Below are positions 11,190 through 21,288 of a DNA stretch of 64,000 bases, in pieces. Origin of the DNA: a virus. Lineage: Duplodnaviria > Caudoviricetes. The notes under the pieces were generated by a model that worked only from the letters and a program-made list of their open reading frames with translations, did not search any database and was not told the origin of the DNA. Location: the IMG/VR virus record IMGVR_UViG_3300034374_009547. The stretch is one strand, 5' to 3'. The position numbers were made by a program, and so were the translations under genes. Numbering within the stretch: the first letter of the stretch is position 1; every line of letters starts with the position of its first letter.

Positions 11190-12350
11190 TTCCGTTATTA
11201 AGAACACAGATCCATTAATTACTTTGCGTACTTGTTCTATTCTTTCATTTGTAGTTTGCTTACGCAAACCGTATCTACCATTAGATTTTCTTATAATTTC
11301 TTTATCAAATTCGATAGCTGCTTCTCTTGCACTTGAATACAATTTGTCAAATAAAGGATCGTTTATAGTTGGATTACACAAAGTGTGCAATTCTCTTGCA
11401 CGATCAGATACATTTTTACACGCCACTGCTGGATGTTCGTCAAACTCTAAATTTGCTGCTATTGCAACAGCATCTACAGCAGAAATGTTTGGCTTTGATC
11501 TTATTGCTCTATTAACTAAATTAGCGCCCACACCAACTGCTGCGGCCTGCATTAATGCTTTTTGATCTGCTGGCAATCTATTAATAGCACCATTAATGTT
11601 TGAAACTAATCCACCAACATCTCTGGTAAATTGTCCAAAAACTGGGCCTACACCTGGTATAGACGATATTGCCTTTCCAATTCCTTGTGCAAGACCGCCA
11701 GCTGCTTGTCCTAATGCATTACTTAAACCTCCTAGTGCTCCATTTAGCGCACCGCCAAAAGCACCTCCAATACTAGCTAATGATCCTGTAAGTCCTGTGC
11801 TGTTTAGTAATCCACCTAAAGCACCACCTAACATAGCACCAAATATATTGCCTCCGCCTATACTAGACAAACTTCCTTGCACACCTTGCAAAAAACTATC
11901 AATTGTTATTTCAACAGCTTCTCCTGCTGGATCAACTATACTTGTACGTTGAGGTGCATAATTGCTTGCTGGACTTGTGCCACTAAAAGTGACACCACCA
12001 GCACCGCCAACACCTCCAAAACTACCAAATGCTTCTCCTAGAACACCTTGTAAATTAGGTAATCCCGGTAAATTAGGTAATTGCGAAAGTGCACCTTGTA
12101 ATTGTCCTACAGCATTACCAATTAATGCATTTGCTGCGCCACTTACTGCACCTTCTAATGCACCTTTTAAACTGCCCCCTGTTGCAAGAGCACCTACAGC
12201 ACCAGTTAATGCACCTGCTGCTGCAATATTTCCTTGTGTTATATTGCCAATAGTAGCATCTACTTGTCTATTTGCAAGTCCAAATGCACTTTGTCTAATA
12301 GTGCTATCAATACGTCCTAAGCTGCCTTTTTTAACTGGAAATGTTGCCAT
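11187..12350 (-). CDS. Gly/Ala-rich probable virion protein (glycine-zipper-like)
   Basis: 387-aa ORF inside the baseplate operon, with many GxxxG runs (GALGGLLNSTGLTGSLASIGGAFGGALNGALGG). Preceded by GAGGG SD-like sequence and TAAATA at 12372-12367. Confidence 0.7.
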   Translation of the reverse strand: MATFPVKKGSLGRIDSTIRQSAFGLANRQVDATIGNITQGNIAAAGALTGAVGALATGGSLKGALEGAVSGAANALIGNAVGQLQGALSQLPNLPGLPNLQGVLGEAFGSFGGVGGAGGVTFSGTSPASNYAPQRTSIVDPAGEAVEITIDSFLQGVQGSLSSIGGGNIFGAMLGGALGGLLNSTGLTGSLASIGGAFGGALNGALGGLSNALGQAAGGLAQGIGKAISSIPGVGPVFGQFTRDVGGLVSNINGAINRLPADQKALMQAAAVGVGANLVNRAIRSKPNISAVDAVAIAANLEFDEHPAVACKNVSDRARELHTLCNPTINDPLFDKLYSSAREAAIEFDKEIIRKSNGRYGLRKQTTNERIEQVRKVINGSVFLITE

Positions 12351-12366
12351 GTTGTTACCCTCATAA

Positions 12367-12372
12367 TATTTA
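12367..12372 (-). promoter_or_regulatory. Putative late promoter core (TAAATA)
   Basis: Overlaps the gp5-like stop, 16 nt upstream of ATG 12350. Confidence 0.5.
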
Positions 12373-13869
12373 TTCTAGCTCGTTTAATGGCGTTCTATCA
12401 GTGTGTACAGGTCTACCTTCCATATGAATATCTTGACTTTCTTCAACTGCTTCAGTTTTATCTGGTGCAGTTTCAGGCGGATTCCAATTTTCATGTCCAT
12501 CCCAAGGTTCGTGCTGTGGCACACGCTGCGGAAATTTTGCTTTAATTGCAGCGGTTGCTGTTTCAGCTTCGGGTCCATTCATATGAATAACAGCCGCAGT
12601 TTCGTAATGTCCGCTACTACTACTAATATGACTCTTGCCAGTACTTGTAATTTTTGTATCAACTGCTGTTGTTTCAAGAAAGTTGTTAGTTGTTATTTTT
12701 CCATCAACTCCTACTTTAACTTCCCAGTTTACTGCTGCTGTTTGATATATGTTAGATACAGCATTAAAGTTGATATTTCTGCCTGCTTCAAAATTAATAT
12801 CTCTATCAGCAACAAAATTTAAATCATTTTCACTATGAATACTAATACTATCTTGAGCGTAAATATCAATCTTACCATTGCTTGACATTTCAATCCATGC
12901 TGTGCCTCTACTATTATTGATGTATATTAAATCTTCACTAGTGTTCATCATTATTTGAGCACCTGTTCTTGTACGAAGTTTAATCATTTCGTTTGCAGGT
13001 CTAGTTACATCGCCGCCTTTTTCACTAGCTTCTTTGTTCTTGTATTTGTAAGGTGTATCTGCTGGTGATCCTTCTCTAATTAATTTGTCATCGCCATCAT
13101 CAATTACAATACTACTACTTCCTAGTCTGTTAACATGTACGGTTGCTCTGCTTTCTTTTAAACCAATTTCACCTTGAGGTGATCCACCACGTTTGTCTAT
13201 TGGACCAGGAGAACTAAAACCGTAAACTGCACTTGGAAATTCACGTTGAGCACTTGTTGTGGTAATACCACGTATATCATCTTCAACTAAACCTTGTTCA
13301 GTTAATGCAGAAACTAAATCTTCATTTACCGGTCTTTTGTATTTTACGACATTATTAGTTTGAGGCTTGGTAATTTTTTTGTTGTACTCACCTGCAGGAA
13401 GTCTTTTTCCTTTTAACTCACTAGGAACAGGACCACTTAATTGTTCTGTACTTGCTTGCCCGCTCGGCAGCATAAATGTCATGCCAACTTCAGGTACACA
13501 ACCAAACCAATAACCAAATTCTCTGCTACCTTCAACAAATGTACACAAAACAAGTGTGCCTGGATCAGGTGGAACTGCCCACCACCCGTAACTTTTTTGT
13601 GTATTTGAATAGCTGTCATTTTTTCCTAAGTGTTGGGCTCCAGTAACACCATAAAAAGGACTTGCATAATAAACAATTGCAGTTTGTCCTAATGTTTCGC
13701 CTTGGTTGCCTGCTTCAGTCATTTTAAGAAGTTCAACTTCTAACCCACCAAGATAATAAGGATCAGTGTGTTTTACAACTCTTCCAATATATGGACCACT
13801 ACGAGATATTTCTGCACCAGAATCAGGTGTTCTAGTAAGTTCCGGAGTCATATTCTTTTTGTTATCCAT
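12370..13869 (-). CDS. gp5: Baseplate central spike, T4 gp5-like (OB-fold plus beta-helix, no lysozyme domain evident)
   Basis: N-terminal GPYIGRVVKHTDPYYLGGLEV...SYGWWAVPPDPGTLVLCTF OB-fold pattern; LRTRTGAQIMMNTSEDLIYINNSRGTAWIEM beta-strand repeats; C-terminal IHMNGP. Confidence 0.75.
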   Translation of the reverse strand: MDNKKNMTPELTRTPDSGAEISRSGPYIGRVVKHTDPYYLGGLEVELLKMTEAGNQGETLGQTAIVYYASPFYGVTGAQHLGKNDSYSNTQKSYGWWAVPPDPGTLVLCTFVEGSREFGYWFGCVPEVGMTFMLPSGQASTEQLSGPVPSELKGKRLPAGEYNKKITKPQTNNVVKYKRPVNEDLVSALTEQGLVEDDIRGITTTSAQREFPSAVYGFSSPGPIDKRGGSPQGEIGLKESRATVHVNRLGSSSIVIDDGDDKLIREGSPADTPYKYKNKEASEKGGDVTRPANEMIKLRTRTGAQIMMNTSEDLIYINNSRGTAWIEMSSNGKIDIYAQDSISIHSENDLNFVADRDINFEAGRNINFNAVSNIYQTAAVNWEVKVGVDGKITTNNFLETTAVDTKITSTGKSHISSSSGHYETAAVIHMNGPEAETATAAIKAKFPQRVPQHEPWDGHENWNPPETAPDKTEAVEESQDIHMEGRPVHTDRTPLNELE

Positions 13870-13871
13870 AA

Positions 13872-16211
13872 TTAAATGTCCTTATATGGCGACGGCATTT
13901 TTTGGCTTGTTTGTGCTTCAACAACTTTATTAGAATTCGCTGCACCATCAACACCCAAATCTTCTGGTTGATTTCTTCTTCTTAATAATTTAAGACGTTG
14001 TGTGAATTGATTTTGTCGCACAATGTTTTCAATTTCTATAACTTTATATAGTCCACTAAATGCACCTACAGGTACCGTATCCTCAGGAAATATCATGTTA
14101 CCAAGTTCATTGTCATAATCAATAGGTGTTCTAAAGTTTAATATAACATCGCATTCACTTCTTTGGTATTCTATTTGCCCAGACGAAGTTTCATTTAAAC
14201 TAGCTGCCGTATCAGTCCAATTTCCTAGTCCTGAATCAAACATATAGTAAGGATCACCGTGTATTTCTAAGTCAACTTCAACTAAATCTACACTACCTGA
14301 TCCTAAAATTTGATCATGGAATTGTCTTGCCCAACGTATTGCACTATTATCAATGCCACTACCACCGTTGCCCATTGTACTTGTTGAATTAGTAAACATT
14401 TGTACGGTAGCACCTGACGCACTTATAGATCCTGCAGGGTTTGTATCCAGTGAAAGTGTTTGTACAGGTTGTTTTACTGCTCTGTTTTGTGTTCCGCCTT
14501 GTTTAAAATCATTTGAACCGTTATTTACATCACTTTGAACATATTGAAAGAAACTTGCGTTAAATCTAATATTAAAATTAAGTATGTCAATGTTTTTTCC
14601 TGTGTAAATGTAATTGTATTCTTTCACAGCATTATTTTTTAGTTGAACATAACTAGGACCTGGATCATTAGGTTTTTGGAAATGGCTAGTATGCACCATA
14701 TATTCAGTAACTTTGTAATGATAAACCTTTGCATCAGTACCATAAACCGTTTCTTGGTTTACATTTGGTTTCAAATATGTTTCTGCATCTATTCTAAACC
14801 AAGGAACCATACCATTAGCATCAGGAGAACGCTGCCTTAATTCTTTTGCCCAAGCAGTTGTAAGAATTACTTCTTCTATCATTCTAGTAATTTTTGTTCC
14901 TGCAGGCCAAGAAAACATTCTTTCATCGTTGCTGATAACGTTTTTTGCTCTGGTCATAACTTTATTTTTTGCATCATAAACTTGTCCAGTTTGTGCCATA
15001 GGTGCTTGACCTTGTTCTGTAAAGTCTTCTACAATTTTACTTGCTCCAATGCTATTTGCACTGCCTTCAGATTGAGCAATTCTCGCTAAATTTTGGCCAA
15101 TATTACTTTTCGTTAATACTTGACCAGTAATCATACTTAAAAATGCCTCAAAATTTTGTGGTGCTTGAGCTCCTAGGAAGCCACTTATGTTTTGAAAGAG
15201 TCCATTAATGTCTCCAGACTTGAATTGTGTTAGTAATCCTCCAAGTCCTTGTCCTAATCCACCAAGTAGACCGCCGCCGAAACCACCTAATGCACCACCT
15301 AACGCACCTTGAAGTGCGTTTTGACCAATATTTTTGTTTCCGCTTAATGCACCACCTATAACTCCACCTATTGCTCCTGCTGCAATTTGCCCAAAAATAC
15401 CGCCTGACTTACTTTTCCGTCTTGTTGCACCTGTATTTGTATTTGATGAAGTTTGTGCTGCATTTGTTTTTGTATCAATGTCTGTAGGAAACGTAATTAC
15501 AATTTCATCTGCTTCTAACAATTGATCTTGTTGTTTTAATTCTTGTAATCTACCATTTAAAATTGTTGTTAAACTTTGCTCTCCGTTTTGTAATAACTGA
15601 ATTGAAGTTTTACCTTTGATTTGGATATCACTGCCAATACCTTGTACTTGATCGCTAAATGCTTGTTCATTCCAAGGCATTGCTTCTACAGAATAAGTAC
15701 AACCACCTTGATCAACTTCAAATTCTATGTTTGTTATTTTAATTGGAAAATCTCTTCTAATGTTTTCGCCATTTTCTGTAACAAGAACATCACCGTCGTC
15801 ATCATATCCAACAAATTCAACACTTAACATAAAAGGTGAAGCAATATAATTTCTATATCCGCTATTTGTTGCTGCAATTTGTAGTGTTTGCATGAATAAA
15901 CCCATAGAATACGGTTCATAAATTGTAAATTCAAAGTAATTTGCGTTTGCAACACGAGATTTATTATTAGGCGCAACTAAACTTTTAATTGCTAAATTGT
16001 CTATAAAATATTCTAGCTTACCACCTATTAAATCTTCATAAATTGTGTTTACTTTGTTTGTTGCGCCGCCGCCACTACGTAAAATAACATTAGCAGGAAT
16101 ATTATTTTTATATGTTTCATTAGGCATTGCCAACTCGTCTCTAGTTAAACAAGACAGAGTAAAAATAGTGTTGTAACTTGCAAAATAATTTAAAATATTT
16201 TCTTTTACCAT
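13872..16211 (-). CDS. Probable baseplate hub protein (gp27/gp44-like) with a Gly-rich insertion
   Basis: 779 aa, immediately upstream of the gp5-like gene. C-terminal VDLEIHGDPYY...FSGLYKVIEIENIVRQNQFTQRLKLLR resembles hub/tail-D C-termini. The assignment relies partly on position. Confidence 0.55.
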   Translation of the reverse strand: MVKENILNYFASYNTIFTLSCLTRDELAMPNETYKNNIPANVILRSGGGATNKVNTIYEDLIGGKLEYFIDNLAIKSLVAPNNKSRVANANYFEFTIYEPYSMGLFMQTLQIAATNSGYRNYIASPFMLSVEFVGYDDDGDVLVTENGENIRRDFPIKITNIEFEVDQGGCTYSVEAMPWNEQAFSDQVQGIGSDIQIKGKTSIQLLQNGEQSLTTILNGRLQELKQQDQLLEADEIVITFPTDIDTKTNAAQTSSNTNTGATRRKSKSGGIFGQIAAGAIGGVIGGALSGNKNIGQNALQGALGGALGGFGGGLLGGLGQGLGGLLTQFKSGDINGLFQNISGFLGAQAPQNFEAFLSMITGQVLTKSNIGQNLARIAQSEGSANSIGASKIVEDFTEQGQAPMAQTGQVYDAKNKVMTRAKNVISNDERMFSWPAGTKITRMIEEVILTTAWAKELRQRSPDANGMVPWFRIDAETYLKPNVNQETVYGTDAKVYHYKVTEYMVHTSHFQKPNDPGPSYVQLKNNAVKEYNYIYTGKNIDILNFNIRFNASFFQYVQSDVNNGSNDFKQGGTQNRAVKQPVQTLSLDTNPAGSISASGATVQMFTNSTSTMGNGGSGIDNSAIRWARQFHDQILGSGSVDLVEVDLEIHGDPYYMFDSGLGNWTDTAASLNETSSGQIEYQRSECDVILNFRTPIDYDNELGNMIFPEDTVPVGAFSGLYKVIEIENIVRQNQFTQRLKLLRRRNQPEDLGVDGAANSNKVVEAQTSQKMPSPYKDI

Positions 16212-16513
16212 TACAATCCTAGTTCTTGCGCCAAAGATGACGACTTAGGCAAATAAATTTCTACGCCAGGAATCATATCAAATACCGGATCTTTTAAAAT
16301 ATCCATGTTTCTTTGTGCAAATACCCACCATAGTTTACTTGTCCCATATAAATCAAATGCTAACAGGTCTGGCCTATGGGTATATTGCGCTTCTATTTTA
16401 TACAGATAATCGTCGTCTTCTGCAGGAATAGGTCTGATTGTTAAAATATCTAGTTCACCTGACGTTGATATTGTAGTTTTTGACCAAGGACTGGTTTTTG
16501 TATAACTTGCCAT
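16211..16513 (-). CDS. Baseplate protein, gp53/LysM-like
   Basis: 100 aa; YTHRPDLLAFDLYGTSKLWWVFAQRN...PGVEIYLP is the gp53/tail-X pattern (RPD.LA..LYG...LWW). Confidence 0.75.
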   Translation of the reverse strand: MASYTKTSPWSKTTISTSGELDILTIRPIPAEDDDYLYKIEAQYTHRPDLLAFDLYGTSKLWWVFAQRNMDILKDPVFDMIPGVEIYLPKSSSLAQELGL

Positions 16514-17292
16514 TAGATGTATCCTTCATCAGATAATTGTCCAGCAACAAATTTATCAAAACTAAATTGTTCAACTTTTGATCTGCTGTATGTTGGTTTG
16601 AGAGTAAAGTTTAAGATACTACTTGTTGGTACATATTGAGTTTTACCTGCAAAATCTCCTGGTAAAGGTGCAACATTAGTTTCAATATAATCTACATTAT
16701 TTGGAAGTTCTATTGTAAAACTAGTGCAAACCACAGGTACATTGTTCAATACATAATCTCCATACCCATTCAATTTACATAATGGAGGCGGACTGCCTTT
16801 ATTACTTGTTTCACCATATGCCATTTTAGTAATACTTCTACCAAAATGACAAACTGCAAGCCAATATGCTGCATCTTGAGGTGTTTGCACAGGAAATTCA
16901 CCTGCAACATTTATGTCTTCTGTTCTGCTGTGTTGATACACAGGAAAAGGATAATTATTATGTATAGGAGCCATTTCACCATACGCAGCCGATGTCACTA
17001 ATGATATTTGAGGAACTAAAGGAAAAACAACTTGATAATCAGTTGCTGCTAATGGACGCAAAATTTCACTACTTCTAAAGGTGCTTAGGTAAGGAACACT
17101 AATTTTGACTCGCCAATCTGAACTTAATTTATCAGTATTAGCAAATCTTGCTGTAGAAGCATTTACAGAATCGTTTTCTGCACCTGCAGGACCTGTCCAT
17201 CTTCTCGATCTACCGTAATCGTTGTAGTTACCTACACTTAGTTTTTGATTATTTTGATCAAATCTTTGTTGTTCTGGATTTCTAGTAACCAT
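16513..17292 (-). CDS. Probable baseplate/tail-tube initiator (gp48/gp54-like)
   Basis: 259 aa; VVFPLVPQISL...PPPLCKLNGYGDYVLNNVPVVCTSFTIELPNNVDY resembles tube-initiator family proteins. First gene of the baseplate operon, with GGAG SD. Confidence 0.55.
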   Translation of the reverse strand: MVTRNPEQQRFDQNNQKLSVGNYNDYGRSRRWTGPAGAENDSVNASTARFANTDKLSSDWRVKISVPYLSTFRSSEILRPLAATDYQVVFPLVPQISLVTSAAYGEMAPIHNNYPFPVYQHSRTEDINVAGEFPVQTPQDAAYWLAVCHFGRSITKMAYGETSNKGSPPPLCKLNGYGDYVLNNVPVVCTSFTIELPNNVDYIETNVAPLPGDFAGKTQYVPTSSILNFTLKPTYSRSKVEQFSFDKFVAGQLSDEGYI

Positions 17293-17310
17293 GATATCAC
17301 TCCTATATAG

Positions 17311-17316
17311 TATTTA
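17311..17316 (-). promoter_or_regulatory. Putative late promoter core (TAAATA) for the baseplate operon
   Basis: 18 nt upstream of ATG 17292, back-to-back with the sigma70 promoter of gp55. Confidence 0.6.
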
Positions 17317-17317
17317 G

Positions 17318-17346
17318 TTGACAAAATTATCTACGTATATTATAAT
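17318..17346 (+). promoter_or_regulatory. Consensus sigma70-type early promoter
   Basis: TTGACA(17318-23)-N17-TATAAT(17341-46), a perfect consensus 21 nt upstream of the gp55-like ATG. Confidence 0.85.
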
Positions 17347-17367
17347 ATTAAAAAGGACTATTTTTTT

Positions 17368-18195
17368 ATGAGAAAAGTTAATTATCTTAACAATAAAGAC
17401 ATGCTTGCTGAAATACACAAATCGAAAAGCACGTTTTGTAGTTTTGTAGCACCTGAATATGCTACATACGACATAATTTTACCTGAAGTAGATAAGATTA
17501 ATATCAGAACTATAGCAGAAGCAAAGCGTAATAAAGCAAAAAAACAAAGTCAAGCAGCATACGAAGAAGCTAAATCAGCTGGTAGAAAAGTCAAAATGGC
17601 TGATTTTGAAGTAGACTACAGAACAATTGAAAAAAACGAATTAATTTTTAGAATTATGACATTTGAACACGTTCCAGACGAGCCAGGACGTAAAAAGAAT
17701 CCGAAATCAGTTGCAGACACTAAAACAAAACTAAACTTTCCGCCTTTTCAGCATTATAAATTTGACGAAGACGATAATTTAATATGTGTAGGTAAAAGCC
17801 ACTGGCAAGGTGGTATGCAAAACGGACATTTTTCAAAAGATCACGGTAAAGCTACAGATAAACTAGCAAGAATGTGGATGAAATTATGTGATCGTTATGC
17901 AACACGTGGTAATGTACGTGGATACACATATAATGACGAAATGAAAGGACAGGCAATCCTTCAGCTGGCACAAATAGGACTACAATTTGATGAATCTAAA
18001 TCCAATAATCCCTTTGCTTATTATACCGCTGCTGTTACTAATAGCTTTGTGCGTGTTATTAATATAGAAAAACGAAATCAAAACATTAGAGATGACATTT
18101 TAGAAATGAATAATATGGATCCTTCATATACAAGGCAAGCTGCCGGAGAATACGAAGCTTCAAAAGCAAGATTTGAGTCTAATGGCAAAAAATAA
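17368..18195 (+). CDS. gp55: Late-transcription sigma factor, T4 gp55-like
   Basis: N-terminal NYLNNKDMLAEI and C-terminal RGYTYNDEMKGQAILQL...FDESKSNNPFAYYTAAVTNSFVRVINIEKRNQ match gp55 conserved blocks. Confidence 0.85.
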   Translation: MRKVNYLNNKDMLAEIHKSKSTFCSFVAPEYATYDIILPEVDKINIRTIAEAKRNKAKKQSQAAYEEAKSAGRKVKMADFEVDYRTIEKNELIFRIMTFEHVPDEPGRKKNPKSVADTKTKLNFPPFQHYKFDEDDNLICVGKSHWQGGMQNGHFSKDHGKATDKLARMWMKLCDRYATRGNVRGYTYNDEMKGQAILQLAQIGLQFDESKSNNPFAYYTAAVTNSFVRVINIEKRNQNIRDDILEMNNMDPSYTRQAAGEYEASKARFESNGKK

Positions 18196-18199
18196 CAGG

Positions 18200-18228
18200 T
18201 TGATTTCTTAGTATTTTCCTATTATACT
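18200..18228 (+). promoter_or_regulatory. sigma70-type promoter
   Basis: TTGATT(18200-05)-N17-TATACT(18223-28) upstream of gp47. Confidence 0.65.
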
Positions 18229-18248
18229 AAAAAAAACGGAGTATCCTA

Positions 18249-19262
18249 TTGTTTAAAAAAGCAGCAGTATTTACTGACATACATTTAGGTATGAAAGGTA
18301 ATAGTCGTGTCCATAATCAGGACTGCGAAAGTTATATTGATTGGTATATTGAAACAGCAAAAGCAAATAATTGCGAAACAGGCATCTTTTGCGGTGACTG
18401 GCATCACAATAGAAATAGTCTCAACCTCACAACCATGGATACAACCATTAGATTGTTAGAGAAACTAGGCGAATCGTTTGATAAGTTCTATATGTTTGCT
18501 GGTAATCACGACTTGTATTACAAAGACAAGCGTGATGTAAAGTCAACTGAGTTTGCAAAACACATACCAGGCATTACTATGGTAGATGAAATGCAAGTTA
18601 TTGATGATGTTGCACTAGTTCCGTGGTTAGTAGGCGATGAATGGCGTAGAATCGAGAAATTACAAGCCAAATACCTGTTTGGACACTTCGAACTACCATC
18701 GTTTTATATGAATGCTATGGTACAAATGCCAGATCACGGTGAACTAAAGTCGGAACACTTCAAGAATCAAGAGTATGTGTTCAGTGGCCACTTCCACAAG
18801 CGTCAGAAGCAGGGTAAGATCCACTATATCGGTAATGCTTTCCCGCACAACTATGCAGATGCTTGGGATGATGACCGTGGTATGATGATATTGGACCGCG
18901 AGAACGATGCGGAACCCGAATATGTTAACTGGCCAGAGTGTCCCAAGTACCGTACCGTTAAGTTATCACAACTAATTGACGAAAAAGATACATTAATCAA
19001 ACCAAATATGTACTTGAGAGTTACACTTGATATTGATATTAGCTTTGAAGAAGCAACATATATCAAAGAAACATTCATTGACACATATAATTGTAGAGAG
19101 ATTACACTGATTCCTCAAAAACACATTGAGGAAATTAACACAGACTTGGATATTGAACAATTTGAAAGTGTAGATCAAATTGTTAGTAACGAGATCCAAG
19201 CAATTGACAGCGAACAATTTAATAAGAAATTGTTATTAGACATATACAACGAGCTAGTATGA
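18249..19262 (+). CDS. gp47: Recombination endonuclease subunit, gp47/Mre11/SbcD-like metallophosphoesterase
   Basis: Motifs DIH, GDWHH, GNHD, GHFE and SGHFH. TTG start with GGAG SD. Overlaps gp46 (ATGA). Confidence 0.92.
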   Translation: MFKKAAVFTDIHLGMKGNSRVHNQDCESYIDWYIETAKANNCETGIFCGDWHHNRNSLNLTTMDTTIRLLEKLGESFDKFYMFAGNHDLYYKDKRDVKSTEFAKHIPGITMVDEMQVIDDVALVPWLVGDEWRRIEKLQAKYLFGHFELPSFYMNAMVQMPDHGELKSEHFKNQEYVFSGHFHKRQKQGKIHYIGNAFPHNYADAWDDDRGMMILDRENDAEPEYVNWPECPKYRTVKLSQLIDEKDTLIKPNMYLRVTLDIDISFEEATYIKETFIDTYNCREITLIPQKHIEEINTDLDIEQFESVDQIVSNEIQAIDSEQFNKKLLLDIYNELV

Positions 19263-21034
19263 TTAAAATTAAAGACTTAACCGTAAAAAACTTTATGAGT
19301 GTGGGTAATGTCACCCAAGCAGTTGACTTTAATAAAGAACAACTTACTTTGGTACTTGGTGAAAACTTAGACCAAGGCGGAGACGATACAGGATCACGTA
19401 ATGGTACTGGTAAAACTACTATTATTAATGCATTATCATATGCATTGTACGGTACAGCATTAACAAACATTAAACGCAATAACTTAATCAATAAAACTAA
19501 CAGCAAAGGCATGCTGGTTACCCTTAATTTTGACAAAGGTGGTAACAGCTATCGTATCGAACGCGGTAGATCTCCAAATGTTCTTAAGTTTTATATTAAC
19601 GAACACGAACAAGAAGATTTAACAGACGAATCACAAGGCGATAGTCGTAAAACACAAGAAAGTATTAATAATTTATTAGATATGAGTCACGATATGTTTA
19701 AACATGTGGTTGCACTCAACACATACACAGAGCCTTTTCTTAGTATGAGAGCAAATGACCAACGTGCTATCATTGAACAGCTACTTGGTATTACTATTCT
19801 TACCGAAAAAGCAGATTTGTTAAAAGAAAAAGTTAAACAAACTAAAGATTTTATCACAGAAGAAACTCTAAAGATCAATGCTATAGAAGCAAGCAACAAG
19901 AAAATTGAATCTAGCATTGAAACACTTGTAGGTAGACAACGTGCTTGGGAATCAAAACGCAGAGACGATGTTAAAAAACTTGAAACTGCTATTGAAGAAT
20001 TAGAAAAACTAGATATTGATACAGAATTAGAAGCACACGACAAACTAACTAATTGGACAGAACTGAATAATCGCATAACTAGTTTGAATAAAGAAAAAGC
20101 AACACTAGAAGCAGCACTTATGAGAGCAACCAAAGGTGTTGACAAAGCAGAAAAGGATATTAAAGAACTTGACGATGCTATTTGTTACACTTGCGGTCAA
20201 ACGCTTCATGCGGAAAAGAAAGCAGAAATTGAAACTACAAAACAAAAAGAATTAAGCGATGCACTTGCTTATCAAACAGAAGTTGCAGACAAATTAGAAG
20301 CAACTATGAACTTATTAACAGAAATTGGTGACATCAACGGACGTCCTAACACGTTTTATGAGAGTGCTAAAGAAGCATACGAGCATAGAAACAACGTAGA
20401 TAATTTACGCAATTCGCTGATAAGTAAACAGCAAGAAGAAGATCCATATCTAGCACAAATCGATGACTTAAAAACAACAGCACTACAAGAAATCAATTGG
20501 CAACCTGTAAATAATCTTACTAACTTGCGTGAACATCAGGAGTTTCTGCTGAAACTTTTGACAAACAAAGACTCGTTCATTCGCAAAAAGATTATTGATC
20601 AGAACTTGGCGTACTTGAACAATAGGCTCACATACTATTTAGACAAACTAGGCTTGCCACATCAAGTAGAATTCCAAAACGATTTGTCAGTTGAGATTAC
20701 ACAGCTAGGACAAGACTTGGACTTTGATAACTTGTCTCGAGGCGAACGCAACAGGCTAATATTAGGCATGAGCTGGGCATTCCGTGATGTTTGGGAATCG
20801 TTGTATCAAGGCATCAACTTGTTGTTCATCGACGAACTTATCGACTCAGGTATGGACACTGCTGGTGTTGAAAATGCGCTCGCTGTACTCAAAAAGATGG
20901 GTAGAGAGCGTAGCAAAAATGTTTTCCTTATCTCACACAAAGACGAACTTGTTGGTAGAGTCAATCATGTAATGAAAGTTATCAAAGAGAATGGCTTTAC
21001 TTCATATGAAAACGATATCGATATTGTAGAATGA
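19259..21034 (+). CDS. gp46: Recombination endonuclease ATPase subunit, gp46/Rad50/SbcC-like
   Basis: Walker A GTGKTT, coiled coil with CYTC zinc hook, signature LSRGE, Walker B LLFIDE, H-loop ISHK. Confidence 0.93.
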   Translation: MIKIKDLTVKNFMSVGNVTQAVDFNKEQLTLVLGENLDQGGDDTGSRNGTGKTTIINALSYALYGTALTNIKRNNLINKTNSKGMLVTLNFDKGGNSYRIERGRSPNVLKFYINEHEQEDLTDESQGDSRKTQESINNLLDMSHDMFKHVVALNTYTEPFLSMRANDQRAIIEQLLGITILTEKADLLKEKVKQTKDFITEETLKINAIEASNKKIESSIETLVGRQRAWESKRRDDVKKLETAIEELEKLDIDTELEAHDKLTNWTELNNRITSLNKEKATLEAALMRATKGVDKAEKDIKELDDAICYTCGQTLHAEKKAEIETTKQKELSDALAYQTEVADKLEATMNLLTEIGDINGRPNTFYESAKEAYEHRNNVDNLRNSLISKQQEEDPYLAQIDDLKTTALQEINWQPVNNLTNLREHQEFLLKLLTNKDSFIRKKIIDQNLAYLNNRLTYYLDKLGLPHQVEFQNDLSVEITQLGQDLDFDNLSRGERNRLILGMSWAFRDVWESLYQGINLLFIDELIDSGMDTAGVENALAVLKKMGRERSKNVFLISHKDELVGRVNHVMKVIKENGFTSYENDIDIVE

Positions 21035-21288
21035 CAGACGACACGCATGATAAATTAATGCAAAAGGTACTAGACTACTTGGCTGCCAGCGAAGACTTTG
21101 AACGTTTACCAAGTGAACGCAGTAAAAGACGCATACGCAGAGAACTACGTGAACTAGTTACTTTGTGTAGACAACGAGCTGAAGAAGCTAAACAGAGATA
21201 CAAAGAGGAGTTAGCCGAAATACGTGCCAGTGGCAAGTGGGCTGTCAATATTGGCAAGGCTAATCACGAAAGGAAAAAGAAAAAATGA
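21031..21288 (+). CDS. Hypothetical protein (85 aa, helical, basic C-terminus)
   Basis: ATGA overlaps with both neighbours, suggesting translational coupling. Confidence 0.7.
   Translation: MTDDTHDKLMQKVLDYLAASEDFERLPSERSKRRIRRELRELVTLCRQRAEEAKQRYKEELAEIRASGKWAVNIGKANHERKKKK

Noticed and set aside
11224-12822. Pro/Ala-rich plus-strand ORFs (11224, 11596, 11962, 12403)
   Set aside because: Antisense shadows of Gly/Ala-rich minus-strand virion genes.
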